Positions 54,071 through 64,000 of a DNA stretch of 64,000 nt are shown piece after piece (the stretch's first letter is position 1; each line of letters begins with the position of its first letter). The position numbers were made by a program, and so were the translations under genes. This DNA comes from an uncultured Chloroflexia bacterium (lineage in GTDB: Bacteria > Chloroflexota > Anaerolineae > JAAYZQ01): assembly GCA_963700285.1 (NCBI GenBank), contig CAVOXA010000001.1, forward strand, positions 224,001 through 288,000, given 5' to 3'. Below the pieces are notes generated by a model that worked only from the letters and a program-made list of their open reading frames with translations, was not told the DNA's origin and did no database searches.

Positions 54071-54345
54071 CTACACCGTTGTGTTTGTCTCTGCCCCCAG
54101 TACGTCAAGCCACACCTTGAAGCCGCTAAGAACCGGGGCAAACATGAGCAGATAGGGCTGCGACAGCGGGCGATGCTCGGGGTCGCGAACGCCTGTCCGC
54201 CACGAGAGGTAGGTCAGAAGCAGTTGAAAGGCAGCATAGGACAGGGCGAACCCCACCGAACTTTCCCCCAGGGCATCGTGGGCAAAGGCCGCCATGGAGG
54301 CTACCGTGAATATCTGCAGGAAGGTTCTGGCTTTGTCATCACCGA
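54071..54345 (-). pseudogene. Internal fragment of a low-temperature-requirement protein A (LtrA)-like membrane protein
   Basis: TFLQIFTVASMAAFAHDALGESSVGFALSYAAFQLLLTYLSWRTG..DPEHRP resembles LtrA; lacks both termini. Confidence 0.5.
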
Positions 54346-54434
54346 CACTCGCTTGATGGCGTCGACAGGATCGGGCAGGGCTCGGATGCGTAGCATCCCG
54401 ATCCGTCGAACGCCCTCTGTCGGCGGAGACTATT

Positions 54435-56333
54435 TCATGCACTCCCACCAGGGAGGTACTCTGCCACCCAACCGACGCCGAGCTCGTGCAGCTTTTCCGG
54501 GTAGGGGACGCCAGTCTCGCGATCCCAGCCCATCATGACATAGTAGGTGTGCATGGCCTGCTGCAGTGCCTCCTCGTCGATGCCGCCGTCCGAAAGAAGA
54601 CCACCGCGAGTGGGCGAGTAGCTGCGCTCGCAGAGCCGGTCGTCTTGCGCGGTCAAGCCCGCCCGCATATTGAAGGCGCGCGCCAGCGTCATCGCCCGCT
54701 CGCCCACCTTGACAAGTTCATGGTCAGAAACGTCCCAGCCCGTCGCCGCCCGTACCATGTCGGTCAGGTCGCCCAGGCTCCAGCCTGGGAAGATGCACAT
54801 GGTGAGACAGTTGTGCATGATGGAGGTCATCGAGTCATAGATGGTGGCCCGTACCTTCTCAGGACCCAGGCTTTCTAATTCCAACGGTTCCAACACACCT
54901 ACGGCGCGCAATCCTTCACGGAAGAGAAAGCCATCCTCGTCGGCGGACGCCAGACCGGTGTCATGCAGCGAGTGACAATGATCGGCGCCGGTGGGCGATA
55001 CGGCGTAGCCGATGGCCAGGCCCCGCTTTAGCCGCGGTTCGTGCATCGGCTGGGCCTGCCCCTTGGCGTGGACGGCGAACCGTTCCGCGCCCTCACCGAT
55101 TTTTGCGGCGGCCGGGAGCAGGCCTTCAGCCAGAATATCGCCTAGCCCTTCCCGCCTGGCGATCTTTTCCACCATCTGGACCATGGCCTCACCGTTCCCG
55201 AACCGCAGGTCGATGCCTCTGGTATCCTCGCGAGTCAGCAGGCCTTCCTCGTAGCATTCCATGGCAAAGGCGATGGTCACTCCCGCGCCGATGGTGTCCA
55301 GCGAGTGGGCGTTGCAGAGTTCGTTGGCCCTTGATACGGCCACGATGTCGCTCACGCCGCAGGTGGTGCCCAGGGCTCCGATGGTCTCGTACTCTGGCCC
55401 GCCATAGTCGGGATCGACCTCGAAGGGCTCCTGGGCCTGGACGACCTTTTTGCAGCGCACCGCGCAGGCCCAGCAGCCTTCCATGCCCACGCCGATCTTG
55501 TCCACCACGAACTCGAGCCCCCCGATCTCGGGGAACTCGCCATCGCGAAAGTTGCGCACGGGCATGTTGCCAGAGATAATCCCGTCTTCCAGCGCTCCCC
55601 CGCCTGTGCCTGACTTGTGCAGCCAAGCAGCCCGTTCCCCGTCCTGGACTTCTTGCGCCGACCGGCGGGCCATGGCCTGGATCGTGTCAGGATCCGCGGC
55701 CTGCAGGTTCTGCGTCCCGCGGGCTACCACGGCTTTCAGCTTCTTGGAACCCATCACCGCGCCCAAGCCCGTTCGTCCGGCAGCGCTTTTGAGACCATTC
55801 ATGACACAGGCAAAGCGCACCAGGTTCTCCCCACCGGGACCGATCATGGACAGTTCAGCGCGCTTCTCACCCAGCTCCTCCCGGACTGCTTCCTGGGTCT
55901 CTTTGACCGTCTTGCCCCAGAGATGCGCGGCATCACGGATCTCGACTGTACCGTCCTTTATCCAGAGATATACCGGCCGCTCCGATGCCCCCTCGACGAT
56001 CAGTACGTCAAAACCGGCGCGCTTGAATTGCGCGCCGAAATCGCCTCCGACTTCGGCAGCGCCAAAGCCCCCGGTGATGGGTGACTTGGCGCCCACCGCA
56101 TTTCGAGATGCGCCCATGATCGGCAGACCGGACAACACACCGGGTGCGAATATGAGCTTGTTTTTGGGGCCAAGCGGATCGGCATCTGGCGGCACCTCAC
56201 GCAGGAGCGTGTCGGCAATGATGTTCCAGCCGCCCATGTACTGCCGCAGGTAAAGTGCACCAGGCTCATCGATGCTGATCTGGCCGTCTGTCAGATTGAC
56301 GCGCAGGATCTTGTTGTGAAACGAGCGAGACAT
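54435..56333 (-). CDS. Tungsten-dependent aldehyde:ferredoxin oxidoreductase family protein
   Basis: KILRVNLT, KSPITGG, IGPGGENLVRFA, AGRTGLGAVMGSKKLKA, CWACAVRC, GPEYET, LDTI, LAEG; RBS GGAGG. Confidence 0.92.
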   Translation of the reverse strand: MSRSFHNKILRVNLTDGQISIDEPGALYLRQYMGGWNIIADTLLREVPPDADPLGPKNKLIFAPGVLSGLPIMGASRNAVGAKSPITGGFGAAEVGGDFGAQFKRAGFDVLIVEGASERPVYLWIKDGTVEIRDAAHLWGKTVKETQEAVREELGEKRAELSMIGPGGENLVRFACVMNGLKSAAGRTGLGAVMGSKKLKAVVARGTQNLQAADPDTIQAMARRSAQEVQDGERAAWLHKSGTGGGALEDGIISGNMPVRNFRDGEFPEIGGLEFVVDKIGVGMEGCWACAVRCKKVVQAQEPFEVDPDYGGPEYETIGALGTTCGVSDIVAVSRANELCNAHSLDTIGAGVTIAFAMECYEEGLLTREDTRGIDLRFGNGEAMVQMVEKIARREGLGDILAEGLLPAAAKIGEGAERFAVHAKGQAQPMHEPRLKRGLAIGYAVSPTGADHCHSLHDTGLASADEDGFLFREGLRAVGVLEPLELESLGPEKVRATIYDSMTSIMHNCLTMCIFPGWSLGDLTDMVRAATGWDVSDHELVKVGERAMTLARAFNMRAGLTAQDDRLCERSYSPTRGGLLSDGGIDEEALQQAMHTYYVMMGWDRETGVPYPEKLHELGVGWVAEYLPGGSA

Positions 56334-56421
56334 GCGTACCTCCTTCTTCATACTTGATTGGTCCAATGGTGCAAGACGTTGAATTTCTTTGCAGCTCTGG
56401 CATCGGCGTTCGCCGAGCGGC

Positions 56422-57625
56422 CTAGGGATAGTGGTCAGAGATCCGGCCGCGCTTGCCCAGAATGGCATGTACCTTTTCCAGCTCCACGGGGATGTTGATC
56501 TCCTGCGGGCACTTTTCCAGGCACTTGCCGCACTCGATGCACAAGGACGCATTGCCGTTCGGATTCTCCTTGTCGAGCTTGTCCTTGGAACTGGCCAGAT
56601 TTCCGTAGCCCCTTCTTGACCTGCCAGCGCCGGATGCGACCGCTGCTCCATGGGCGACGTTGTTCAGGATGGCAAAGTTCTGGGGGATGTTGACGCCGGC
56701 CGGACAGGGCATGCAGTACTCGCAGCCTGTGCAGGGCACCAGGATCTGGCGGCGATAGACCTCGGCCAGCCGGGCGATCACCTCCTCGTCCTCCTGGCTC
56801 AGGGAGTTGATGCCCGAGCGATCGGCGCTGGCGCAGTTCTCGTCGACCATCTGCTGGCTGCCCATGCCGCTGAGCACCGTGGCCACTTCGGGCCGGTTCC
56901 AGAGGAACTGCAGTGCCCAATCGACGGGCGTGCGTTGGGTGCTCGCCGCCTCGCATGATCTCCAGTGCCTCGTCCGGCGGGTTGGCCAAGCTGCCCGCCC
57001 TTGAGCGGTTCCATGATGACCATGGCGATGCCCTTGCTGTGGCCATAGACCAGGCCGTCGCTGGTGGCCTGGATGCCGGTGTCCATATAGTTGTACTGGA
57101 TCTGGGCCATGTCCCAGTCATAGTAGTCGACGATCTCTTTGAAGACGGGGAAGGTGTCGTGGAAGGAGAAGCCGATGTGGCGGATCCGGCCCTGTCTCTT
57201 GGCCTCCTCCATCTTTTCGATCAGCCCCAGCCGTCTTCACCTTCTCCAAGGCCTCCGGCGTTCATGGCATGGAAGAGGTAGATGTCCAGGTACTCGGTTT
57301 GCAGCTTCTCCAATTGCGCGTTCAGGTAGCGGTCAAAAGCGTCTGCCGCCCGCACCACGGGCAACGGCAGCTTGGTCACCAGGTGAACCCGCTCGCGGTA
57401 GCCATCCTGCAGCGCCTGGCCGACGATGCGCTCACTGTCCCCCAGGTGGTAGGGCCAGGCCGTGTCGATGTAGTTGATGCCCAGGTCGATGCCGTGGCGG
57501 ATGATGCGGATAGATTCCTCTGTCTCGGCCCTCAGTCGGTTGAGCCTTCGCGGCGGCAGGCGCATGCAGCCAAAGCCCAGGGCCGAGACTTCCCAATCCA
57601 ACGATCCCATCTTGCGGTATTGCAT
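56422..57625 (-). CDS. Aldo/keto reductase with a C-terminal 4Fe-4S domain (frameshifted)
   Basis: SALGFGCMRLP, INYIDTAWPY, IGFSFH, QIQYNY, MEPLKGG, CTGCEYCMPCP, CIECGKCLEKCPQ. Confidence 0.87.
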
Positions 57626-57728
57626 CTATGTCGCGTCCTTTCCGAAGTTTCTATGAGTTGAGTTGCACCGCCGTAAGCAGGCAGTGCTGGGCAGAGACCT
57701 GTCGATTTCGAAGCCTAGTGCGGCACGA

Positions 57729-58288
57729 TCAGCGCGTGAGCGCATCCCAGGTGGCGTTCATAGCCAGTTCTTTGGCTTCATCATCCAAGGTCAATTGCCC
57801 AGACGCGTGGTGTTTGGCCAGCGAGACAGCGACCTCCGCCGTAGAGGCAGACAGCATGGCCAGGGGCATCTCCTTGAATACGCCTTCCTCGTACGCGTAC
57901 TGGAAGAAGCGCATGAGGGGTTCGTACTGTTCGGCGAAGGTGGCCTGCACCTCGGCAGTCAGGTAGGGTGAATTGTCGAACTGCTCCGCAAAGGTCAGCT
58001 CCTGGGGATGGTCCATGTAGTAGTGCAGCATGTTGAGCCATAGGGTCCGGAACCGCTCACGCAGCGACAGGTCCTCGGAATAGCCTTCGAGGGAGGCCTG
58101 GCCTTTCTCGCGCTTGATCTCCAGGTACAATTGGGTGATCAGGTCTTTCTTGCTGTCGAAGTAGCGGTAGATGGTGCCGGCGCCGACATCTGCCCTGTCG
58201 CGATCATGGACATGGCCGTGCCGAGAAAGCCGTGCTCGCAGATCAGCTCCAGGGCTGCATCCAGAATCGCAGCGCGCTTGGTTGTCAT
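57729..58288 (-). CDS. TetR/AcrR family transcriptional regulator (frameshifted N-terminus)
   Basis: MTTKRAAILDAALELI...ADVGAGTIYRYFDSKKDLI HTH. Confidence 0.85.
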
Positions 58289-58320
58289 CCAGGCTTCTCC
58301 CCAGTCCTCTCAGCAACCTG

Positions 58321-58374
58321 CGGACGGAACGTTCATTCCGCCCGTAGTATAGCGCATCCCCGAGCAGGAGTCAA
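58321..58374 (-). promoter_or_regulatory. Promoter and palindromic TetR operator candidate for tetR-akr-aor
   Basis: Minus strand TTGACT (58374-69) - 17 bp - TATACT (58351-46); CGGACGGAA-N6-TTCCGCCCG inverted repeat at 58321-58344 over the predicted start site. Confidence 0.7.
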
Positions 58375-58451
58375 GAGCGTCGCAAAGCAGTGGAGACCAT
58401 CATTGGCAAACAAGGGGAACAGGTCTTGCCGGCCAAGGAGAACCAGCAGCA

Positions 58452-58611
58452 CTACAGGGCAATTGCATTTGGGTTGAACAGCCGGTGCAACGCACCTCAG
58501 CGCTCCGATGAATGCGTTGAAACCAGCAGAAATCGTGCCCAGATTAGCCGCGGTGTCCTTTGATGGAGGTGCGTTGCACCTGTACCACGGCAAATGCGTT
58601 TGCCCTAGTAG
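58452..58611. repeat. About 160-bp nested inverted repeat in the divergent intergenic region
   Basis: Perfect 15-bp GGTGCAACGCACCTC/GAGGTGCGTTGCACC; outer arms CTACAGGGCAATTGCATTTG and CAAATGCGTTTGCCCTAGTAG. Confidence 0.75.
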
Positions 58612-58625
58612 CACTTCGTATTGAC

Positions 58626-58654
58626 TTGACTGGCGATGACTTGGTTGGTATAAT
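58626..58654 (+). promoter_or_regulatory. Promoter for the MalT-like regulator
   Basis: TTGACT - 17 bp - TATAAT with TGn. Confidence 0.65.
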
Positions 58655-58745
58655 GACGTGCGGAAAGGGGGTGAGGCAGAGGGTGGAACATACGAAAGCC
58701 CCAGGCGGTCCTGTAGTCACGGAACGGAACGGCGGATCCGATTCC

Positions 58746-61505
58746 ATGCTATTGCTGTCTACCAAGCTGTACCGCCCCTCTCTGGGGCCGGATATTGCGC
58801 AGCGCCCCAGGCTCTTGGAGCACCTCAACCGTTACCGCCACAGGCCACTGACCCTGATCTCGGCGCCGGCCGGCTACGGCAAGACCACGTTGGCGAGCAT
58901 GTGGCTTCAAGCCAGCGATTGCACCAGCGCCTGGGTATCGCTGGATGAGAGAGACGATGACCTGTTTGCCTTTGTGGGGTACCTGATAGCTGCCATACTC
59001 GGCGCCTTTCCCGCCCTGGAGCTGAGGACCCCATCCCTACTGAAAGTTCCTGTGACACCTTCAGCATCGGTGGTGGCGTCATTTCTGATCAACGATCTGC
59101 ACCAGATCACGGAACCCTTTATCCTGGCGTTGGATGACATCCACCTGGTCAGAAAGCAGGCTGTCTTTGACCTGCTCGCCGAGTTGTTGCGACATCCCTT
59201 GTCCCGCGTGCACCTCGTCCTGATCGGCAGGCGCGATCCCCCCTTGCCGATCGGGTCCCTGCGCGCGCGTGGACAGGTTACCGAGATTCGGGCGCGAGAT
59301 CTACAATTCACGCCCTCAGAAACTGCGCGACTGTTGGCGCGCACGTTGGACTGGGAGATAGGCGATGAGGCCGCGGCGGAGTGGACACAAAAGGCAGAGG
59401 GTTGGGTGACAGCCTTGCGGCTGACGGTTCTATCGCTTCGCCACCGGCATACGGCTGACGTTCCTACCGCTGCCATCCATGAGGACAGCCAGTACTTGCA
59501 GGAGTACCTGCTAGCTGACGTGCTTGCCAGCCTCTTGCCGGTCCGGAGAGAGTGGCTGCTGAAAGCCTCGATCCTCGATCGCTTCTGCGCGCCGTTGTGT
59601 GAGAGGGTGTGCCGATCAGATGCCACGCCTGGCAAGGCTGAACTGACCGGACAGGAGTTTGTCCGCTGGCTACAGGATGAGAACCTGTTCCTGGTCAGAT
59701 TGGACGACAAGGGCCAATGGTTCCGCTTCCATCACCTGTTCCAGGGCTTCCTTCGAAATCTACTGGAGGTACAACTGGCACCGGACGAGGTCGCCGGCCT
59801 GTACCTGCGTGCCAGCAACTGGTGTGCCGAGAACGGCCTGGTCGATGAGGCGATCCAGTACGCCCTGACCGCCGGGGACGTGGCGGCCGCGGCGCATTTG
59901 GTGTTGCGGCACCGCTATGGGCTGATGGACACAGAACAATGGCGGCGCCTGGACCGCTGGTTGAAGCTGCTGCCGGCCGATGCGGTGGCGAAGAATCCAC
60001 TCCTGTTGAGCACCCGGGCCTTCCTGGCGCTGTACCGCGGTGAGGAGCGGGAGTTGGTTACCGCCCAGAAGCAAGCAAACCTCCTGCTGGCCGAACCCGC
60101 CTCGCCGGGCATGCCCCCCCCGCTGGCTGAGGAGCGTAGGGCCGCTCAGGGTGAGGTTGCCGTGTTGCAGGGCTTTGAGGAGTTCTACCGGGGCCAGGCA
60201 GCGGATGCCATCGCCAGGGCCCGACAAGGCCTGGAATTCCTATCGCCCGAAGCCGGACACATCCGATCGATGGCGCATTGCATAATCGCGGATGGCCTGC
60301 AGATGCAGGGTGACCTGGGACAGGGTGTCAGGGTCTTTGAGAAAGCGCTGCAAGACCCCACCTGGCCCGCGGTTCTCCGCGCCAGACTCCTGCATGGTCT
60401 TTGTATCATCTATTTCTTTGAGGGCGCCCTGATGGGGGTCCTGGAAGCGGCCAGCGAGTGCTTGCGAATTGCCCAGGAATCGCAGCTCCCAGAGTCGGTG
60501 AGCTATGGGCGGTACGACCTGGGCGTCGCACACTATCTTCGCAACGAATTTGCGCAGGCGGAACCCTACCTGCTCGCTCTGCTGGAGGATCGGCCCCTGT
60601 CGACGCCGACCTATCTGGCTTTTGGGGCTTTTGCGCTGGCCCTCATCTATCATTCGCAGGGTCGCCACACAGAAGTCGCGCAGCTCATCGAGCTGGTGAG
60701 CACCCACCTGCAGGAAACGGGGCAGACGGTCGCCTATGAAATTGCCCGGGCCTTCAGAGTCGAGTTGGCGCTCCGTCGGTGCAGGCTGGCTGAGGCCCGA
60801 CAGCTGAGCAAGAAGGTCAATTACGACGTACGCCCTCCCCGATGGTACTTTTACGTGCCGCAGCTCACGCGGTTGAGGCTTTTGCTGGCCGAGGCCACAC
60901 CCGAGAATCTGGCACAGGCCCGTATCCGGCTCGATACCCTGGACGAGGAGATGCGCCAGATCAACCGCAACCATGTGCGCATCGACGCCCTGGCCCTGCA
61001 GGCGCTGGTCTACCGCGCCCTGGGCGAAGAGCAGACTGCCCTCAGCAAACTCGACACAGCGCTGGAACTGGGGGAGCCAGGTGGGTTCATTCGCAACTTT
61101 GTGGACCTGGGCCCGCCCATGGCCGACCTGCTTGGCCGGCTGCAGCGCCAGCAGGAGGCCTCCCAAGCTCCCAGCTTGCCATACGTGGCCCAGATCCTGG
61201 CCGCCTTCCCCGCCAGAGACCAGGCCGGCCCCACGACAACGCTGGCTCCCGGGGCGTCACGGCCTGCCCTCGACTACGGCGAAGGGGTCTTGCCCCCCCC
61301 TGCATCGCTGGTTGAACCCTTAACCAGGCGCGAGTTCCAAATTTTGAAGCTTCTGGCCACAGAGCTGTCCCCGCAAGAGATGGCCGGCGAGCTGTTCCTG
61401 TCCGTGACCACCCTGCGCACGCACATCAGGCATATCTACGGCAAGCTCGACGCTCACAGCCGTCTCGAGGCGGTTCAGCGCGCGATGGAGTTGGGTTTGC
61501 TGTAG
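58746..61505 (+). CDS. MalT-like (STAND ATPase-TPR-LuxR) transcriptional regulator
   Basis: LSTKLYRP, Walker A APAGYGKTTL, WVSLD, LALDDIH, WFRFHHLF, LuxR HTH PLTRREFQIL...HIRHIYGKL. Confidence 0.92.
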   Translation: MLLLSTKLYRPSLGPDIAQRPRLLEHLNRYRHRPLTLISAPAGYGKTTLASMWLQASDCTSAWVSLDERDDDLFAFVGYLIAAILGAFPALELRTPSLLKVPVTPSASVVASFLINDLHQITEPFILALDDIHLVRKQAVFDLLAELLRHPLSRVHLVLIGRRDPPLPIGSLRARGQVTEIRARDLQFTPSETARLLARTLDWEIGDEAAAEWTQKAEGWVTALRLTVLSLRHRHTADVPTAAIHEDSQYLQEYLLADVLASLLPVRREWLLKASILDRFCAPLCERVCRSDATPGKAELTGQEFVRWLQDENLFLVRLDDKGQWFRFHHLFQGFLRNLLEVQLAPDEVAGLYLRASNWCAENGLVDEAIQYALTAGDVAAAAHLVLRHRYGLMDTEQWRRLDRWLKLLPADAVAKNPLLLSTRAFLALYRGEERELVTAQKQANLLLAEPASPGMPPPLAEERRAAQGEVAVLQGFEEFYRGQAADAIARARQGLEFLSPEAGHIRSMAHCIIADGLQMQGDLGQGVRVFEKALQDPTWPAVLRARLLHGLCIIYFFEGALMGVLEAASECLRIAQESQLPESVSYGRYDLGVAHYLRNEFAQAEPYLLALLEDRPLSTPTYLAFGAFALALIYHSQGRHTEVAQLIELVSTHLQETGQTVAYEIARAFRVELALRRCRLAEARQLSKKVNYDVRPPRWYFYVPQLTRLRLLLAEATPENLAQARIRLDTLDEEMRQINRNHVRIDALALQALVYRALGEEQTALSKLDTALELGEPGGFIRNFVDLGPPMADLLGRLQRQQEASQAPSLPYVAQILAAFPARDQAGPTTTLAPGASRPALDYGEGVLPPPASLVEPLTRREFQILKLLATELSPQEMAGELFLSVTTLRTHIRHIYGKLDAHSRLEAVQRAMELGLL

Positions 61506-61532
61506 CTGCTCAAGACCGATACGAGATCAAAA

Positions 61533-61567
61533 AAGACCTGACAGGTTTCCAAAACCTGTCAGGTCTC
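61533..61567. repeat. Double palindrome, REP-like or terminator, after the regulator
   Basis: AGACCTGACAGGTTT-CCA-AAACCTGTCAGGTCT; related AGACCCGACGGGTCT at 41521. Confidence 0.7.
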
Positions 61568-61761
61568 TTGCATATTCGACAGATCTACTCAAGAAATACT
61601 CAACCTTTCTACCCAGTTTGACGATGACAACTACTATGACGGGATGGTAGAATCAGGTCGTAACGTAGTTCAGTGCTGGCAGCCTGTGTCACTTGCGTTC
61701 CCTGGGAACAGGAGCAGCCTCCGTGCCTACGGCTGACATCTAGAATGGAGAGCATTCTTTC

Positions 61762-62022
61762 ATGCGCTCGATCTACAATGAGCCGGGCATCTATATCATC
61801 CGCGTTGCGGGCTCATTGGACGCCACATATTCTGATCGTTTGGGTGGGCTTGTCATTACCGCGTCCGAGAGCAAGGGCCACGACGCCGGGCCAGTTGCAG
61901 ATCTGACCGGTTGGCTAGCCGACCAGGCGGCTCTCTTTGGTGTGCTCAACACGCTGTACGACAACCGCTACCCGGTGTTGTCTGTCGAGTACGTGGGTCC
62001 GGCAGAGCAGGTACAAGGCTAG
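61762..62022 (+). CDS. Small hypothetical protein of the type found downstream of MalT-like regulators (ACT-like)
   Basis: YIIRVAGSL...LTGWLADQAALFGVLNTLYD...VLSV; GGAG RBS. Confidence 0.72.
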   Translation: MRSIYNEPGIYIIRVAGSLDATYSDRLGGLVITASESKGHDAGPVADLTGWLADQAALFGVLNTLYDNRYPVLSVEYVGPAEQVQG

Positions 62023-62119
62023 CACCCTGGCAGGGGACCATAGATCGGGGTGAGAGGGCCGCTATGCAGGGAGCCTACAGCTTGAACCGCCAAGACCCAA
62101 ACCAGGAGGCGCGTCTATC

Positions 62120-63799
62120 ATGACAACAGAATCGAACGCCGCTGCCAGCGCTGGAAGGGTAGAGAGAGTGAGCTGGCTGCCGATGGCCATCATCCTCCTG
62201 GCGCAAGTCCAGATGGGCTTTAACGTTAGCGCCATCCCCGTGTCCATCGGCCCCATCGTCGAAGAACTCGACGTGTCGGCGACGACGGTGGGGACGGCGC
62301 TGGTGGTCTATTCGCTGTTTGTGGCTGCCTTCGTGATGCTGGGCGCCAAGATCGGGAAGGTACTTGGCGGGAGGCTGGTCTTCCAGGTGACCGCCGTCTT
62401 GCACGGCCTGGCGATGGGGCTGATGGCGTTCAGCCAGAACGAGGACATGATGGTCAATGCCCAGGCCCTGGCCGGGTTGGCGGCCGCCGGGCTGGTGCCA
62501 ACCCTGGTGGTGCTGATCGCGGCCAACTATCGGGGCGCACAGCAGGCCCAGGCCTTGGGCTTGCTGGCCGGGGCGCCGGCCGTGGCCAGCGTGCTCGCCT
62601 TTCTGATCGCCGGCTTTCTCGGCACGGCTTTGAGCTGGCGCTACTCCTTCGGCCTGCTCTTCTTCGTATCGCTAATCGTCCTCATCCTCAGCTTCTGGCT
62701 GAAACCGATACCGCGCCAGCGGGGCATCAAGATCGACACGGTTGGGGCCGTATTGGCGGCCATCGCCGTCATTCTGATCAGCCTTGGCTTCAACAACCTC
62801 CACGCTTGGGGCTTGGTCCTGGCCACTGACGCGGCGCCGCTCAGCCTGTTTGGCCTATCCCCGGCGCCGTTCATGATCGTGGCCGGCCTTGTGGTGGGGC
62901 AGGCTTTCTTTGCCTGGTCCCACGAGCGCAAGGCCCAAGGCAAGACGCCGCTTCTGGCGCTGGAAGTGGTCGATTCGCGCCAGGAGCGGAGCGCCATTGT
63001 CTCAATGCTGGTGATCGGTGCCCTGGGGCCAGCCGTCAACTTTTTGATCCCGCTCTACATCCAGATCGTCCAGGGCCGCACCAGCCTGCAGACCTCGGTG
63101 GCGGTCATCCCCTATACGCTGGCCATCTTTGCCAGCGCAGTGCTCATCGTCCGGCTCTATGCCCGGCTGACCCCGCGCCAGATCGGCCGTATCGGGTTCC
63201 TCCTGGTGGCAGCGGGGCTGATGCTGTTGGCCTTTTCCATCCGCAATGCCTGGGGCACGCCGCTTGTGATCCTCAGCCTGGTGGTGCTCGGACTGGGGGA
63301 GGGCTCGCTGTTGACGCTGTTGTTCAACGTCCTGGTTTCGGCTTCGCCCAAGGAGCTGGCGGGTGATGTCGGCGCCCTGCGTGGCACGGCCAACAACCTC
63401 TCCACGGCGTTGGGCACGGCCTTTGCCGGGGTCGTGGCCGTCGGCCTGCTAAGCATGTTCATCATCAACAGCCTGGTGAACAACCCAACCATCCTTCCTG
63501 ATCTCAAGGCGCAGGTCGCCCTTGACAATATCAATTTCGTCAGCAACGACCAGTTGCTCGAGACGTTGAGCGGCACGACGGCGACCCCTGAGCAAGCGGC
63601 CGAGGCGGTGCGCATCAATGCAGAGGCACGGCTTCAGGCGCTCAAGGCATCTTTCCTGATCCTAGCCGCCCTGGCTTTGCTGGCCATCTTTCCCGCAGGC
63701 GGGCTGCCGAACTACGTTGCCGAGGAGGTGCCGGCCGACAGCTCGCAGAATCACGCTGGTTCGAGCCGGGAACAACCGGGTTCTAGAGCAATGGGATGA
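62120..63799 (+). CDS. MFS transporter (DHA2-like, about 14 TM)
   Basis: Many hydrophobic helices; GAKIGKVLGGR motif-A-like loop; SWRYSF; AGGAGG RBS. Confidence 0.88.
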   Translation: MTTESNAAASAGRVERVSWLPMAIILLAQVQMGFNVSAIPVSIGPIVEELDVSATTVGTALVVYSLFVAAFVMLGAKIGKVLGGRLVFQVTAVLHGLAMGLMAFSQNEDMMVNAQALAGLAAAGLVPTLVVLIAANYRGAQQAQALGLLAGAPAVASVLAFLIAGFLGTALSWRYSFGLLFFVSLIVLILSFWLKPIPRQRGIKIDTVGAVLAAIAVILISLGFNNLHAWGLVLATDAAPLSLFGLSPAPFMIVAGLVVGQAFFAWSHERKAQGKTPLLALEVVDSRQERSAIVSMLVIGALGPAVNFLIPLYIQIVQGRTSLQTSVAVIPYTLAIFASAVLIVRLYARLTPRQIGRIGFLLVAAGLMLLAFSIRNAWGTPLVILSLVVLGLGEGSLLTLLFNVLVSASPKELAGDVGALRGTANNLSTALGTAFAGVVAVGLLSMFIINSLVNNPTILPDLKAQVALDNINFVSNDQLLETLSGTTATPEQAAEAVRINAEARLQALKASFLILAALALLAIFPAGGLPNYVAEEVPADSSQNHAGSSREQPGSRAMG

Positions 63800-63856
63800 G
63801 TCGGATTGGTTGTAGATGAGGCAAGCAATTGTGAACAATCGATGAAGGAGGCACAA

Positions 63857-64000
63857 ATGGATATCACAGTCAAGACCGGCGATCTGCTGCGCGAGCCATC
63901 TGATCTCGCCATGCTCGCCATGTTCGAGGACGTTCCGCTGCCGGCCGATGTGGCGGACCTGCTCGAAGCCGAGGACTTTCAGGGCAAGTCGAACCAGATG
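63857..64000 (+). CDS. Probable leucyl aminopeptidase (M17) N-terminus, partial
   Basis: AAGGAGG RBS; MDITVKTGDLLREPSDLAMLAMFED...DFQGK resembles the PepA N-terminal domain; runs off the window. Confidence 0.55.
   Translation, partial: MDITVKTGDLLREPSDLAMLAMFEDVPLPADVADLLEAEDFQGKSNQM

Noticed and set aside
85-58288. Dozens of frameshifts suggesting mass pseudogenisation or programmed frameshifting
   Set aside because: Single-base indels hit conserved genes (opp, hisA, hisC, hisD) whose motifs are otherwise intact, often at homopolymers and clustered by region. This fits uncorrected long-read error; read-level polishing would settle it.

Overview
GC-rich bacterial chromosomal segment, probably Chloroflexota/Anaerolineae-like (inferred from gene content, the 4-domain S1 protein, MalT-like regulator plus small partner, and the palindromic repeat families). 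Many otherwise intact genes are broken by single-base indels, most likely long-read assembly errors. In order: a minus-strand operon AhpD/CMD protein > multi-GAF hybrid kinase with HPt > REC-histidine kinase > REC-thioredoxin-reductase-like fusion; an orphan Mo/W-bisPGD oxidoreductase; a Cys-rich small protein; a transposase relic; a probable 6S-like RNA followed by S1, DksA-like protein and glucan phosphorylase; tdh-kbl; a LysM protein; a peptide ABC transporter ending in a membrane protein-cytochrome c fusion; RlmI-like methyltransferase, double-HAD and SIMPL genes; a zinc protease with a coupled partner gene; IS and toxin-antitoxin relics; a his operon with a His-rich leader, a HisC-HisB fusion, an embedded purH and inverted hisF-hisIE; ybaK; two tandem CNNM/hemolysin-like genes; TetR-AKR-AOR; a MalT-like regulator, small partner, MFS transporter and a partial leucyl aminopeptidase. 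I found no CRISPR array, tRNA or rRNA. The best candidates for undescribed biology are the redox phosphorelay operon, the his leader/attenuator and operon architecture, the 6S-like RNA locus, and a 243-bp nested hairpin between hisF and hisIE.
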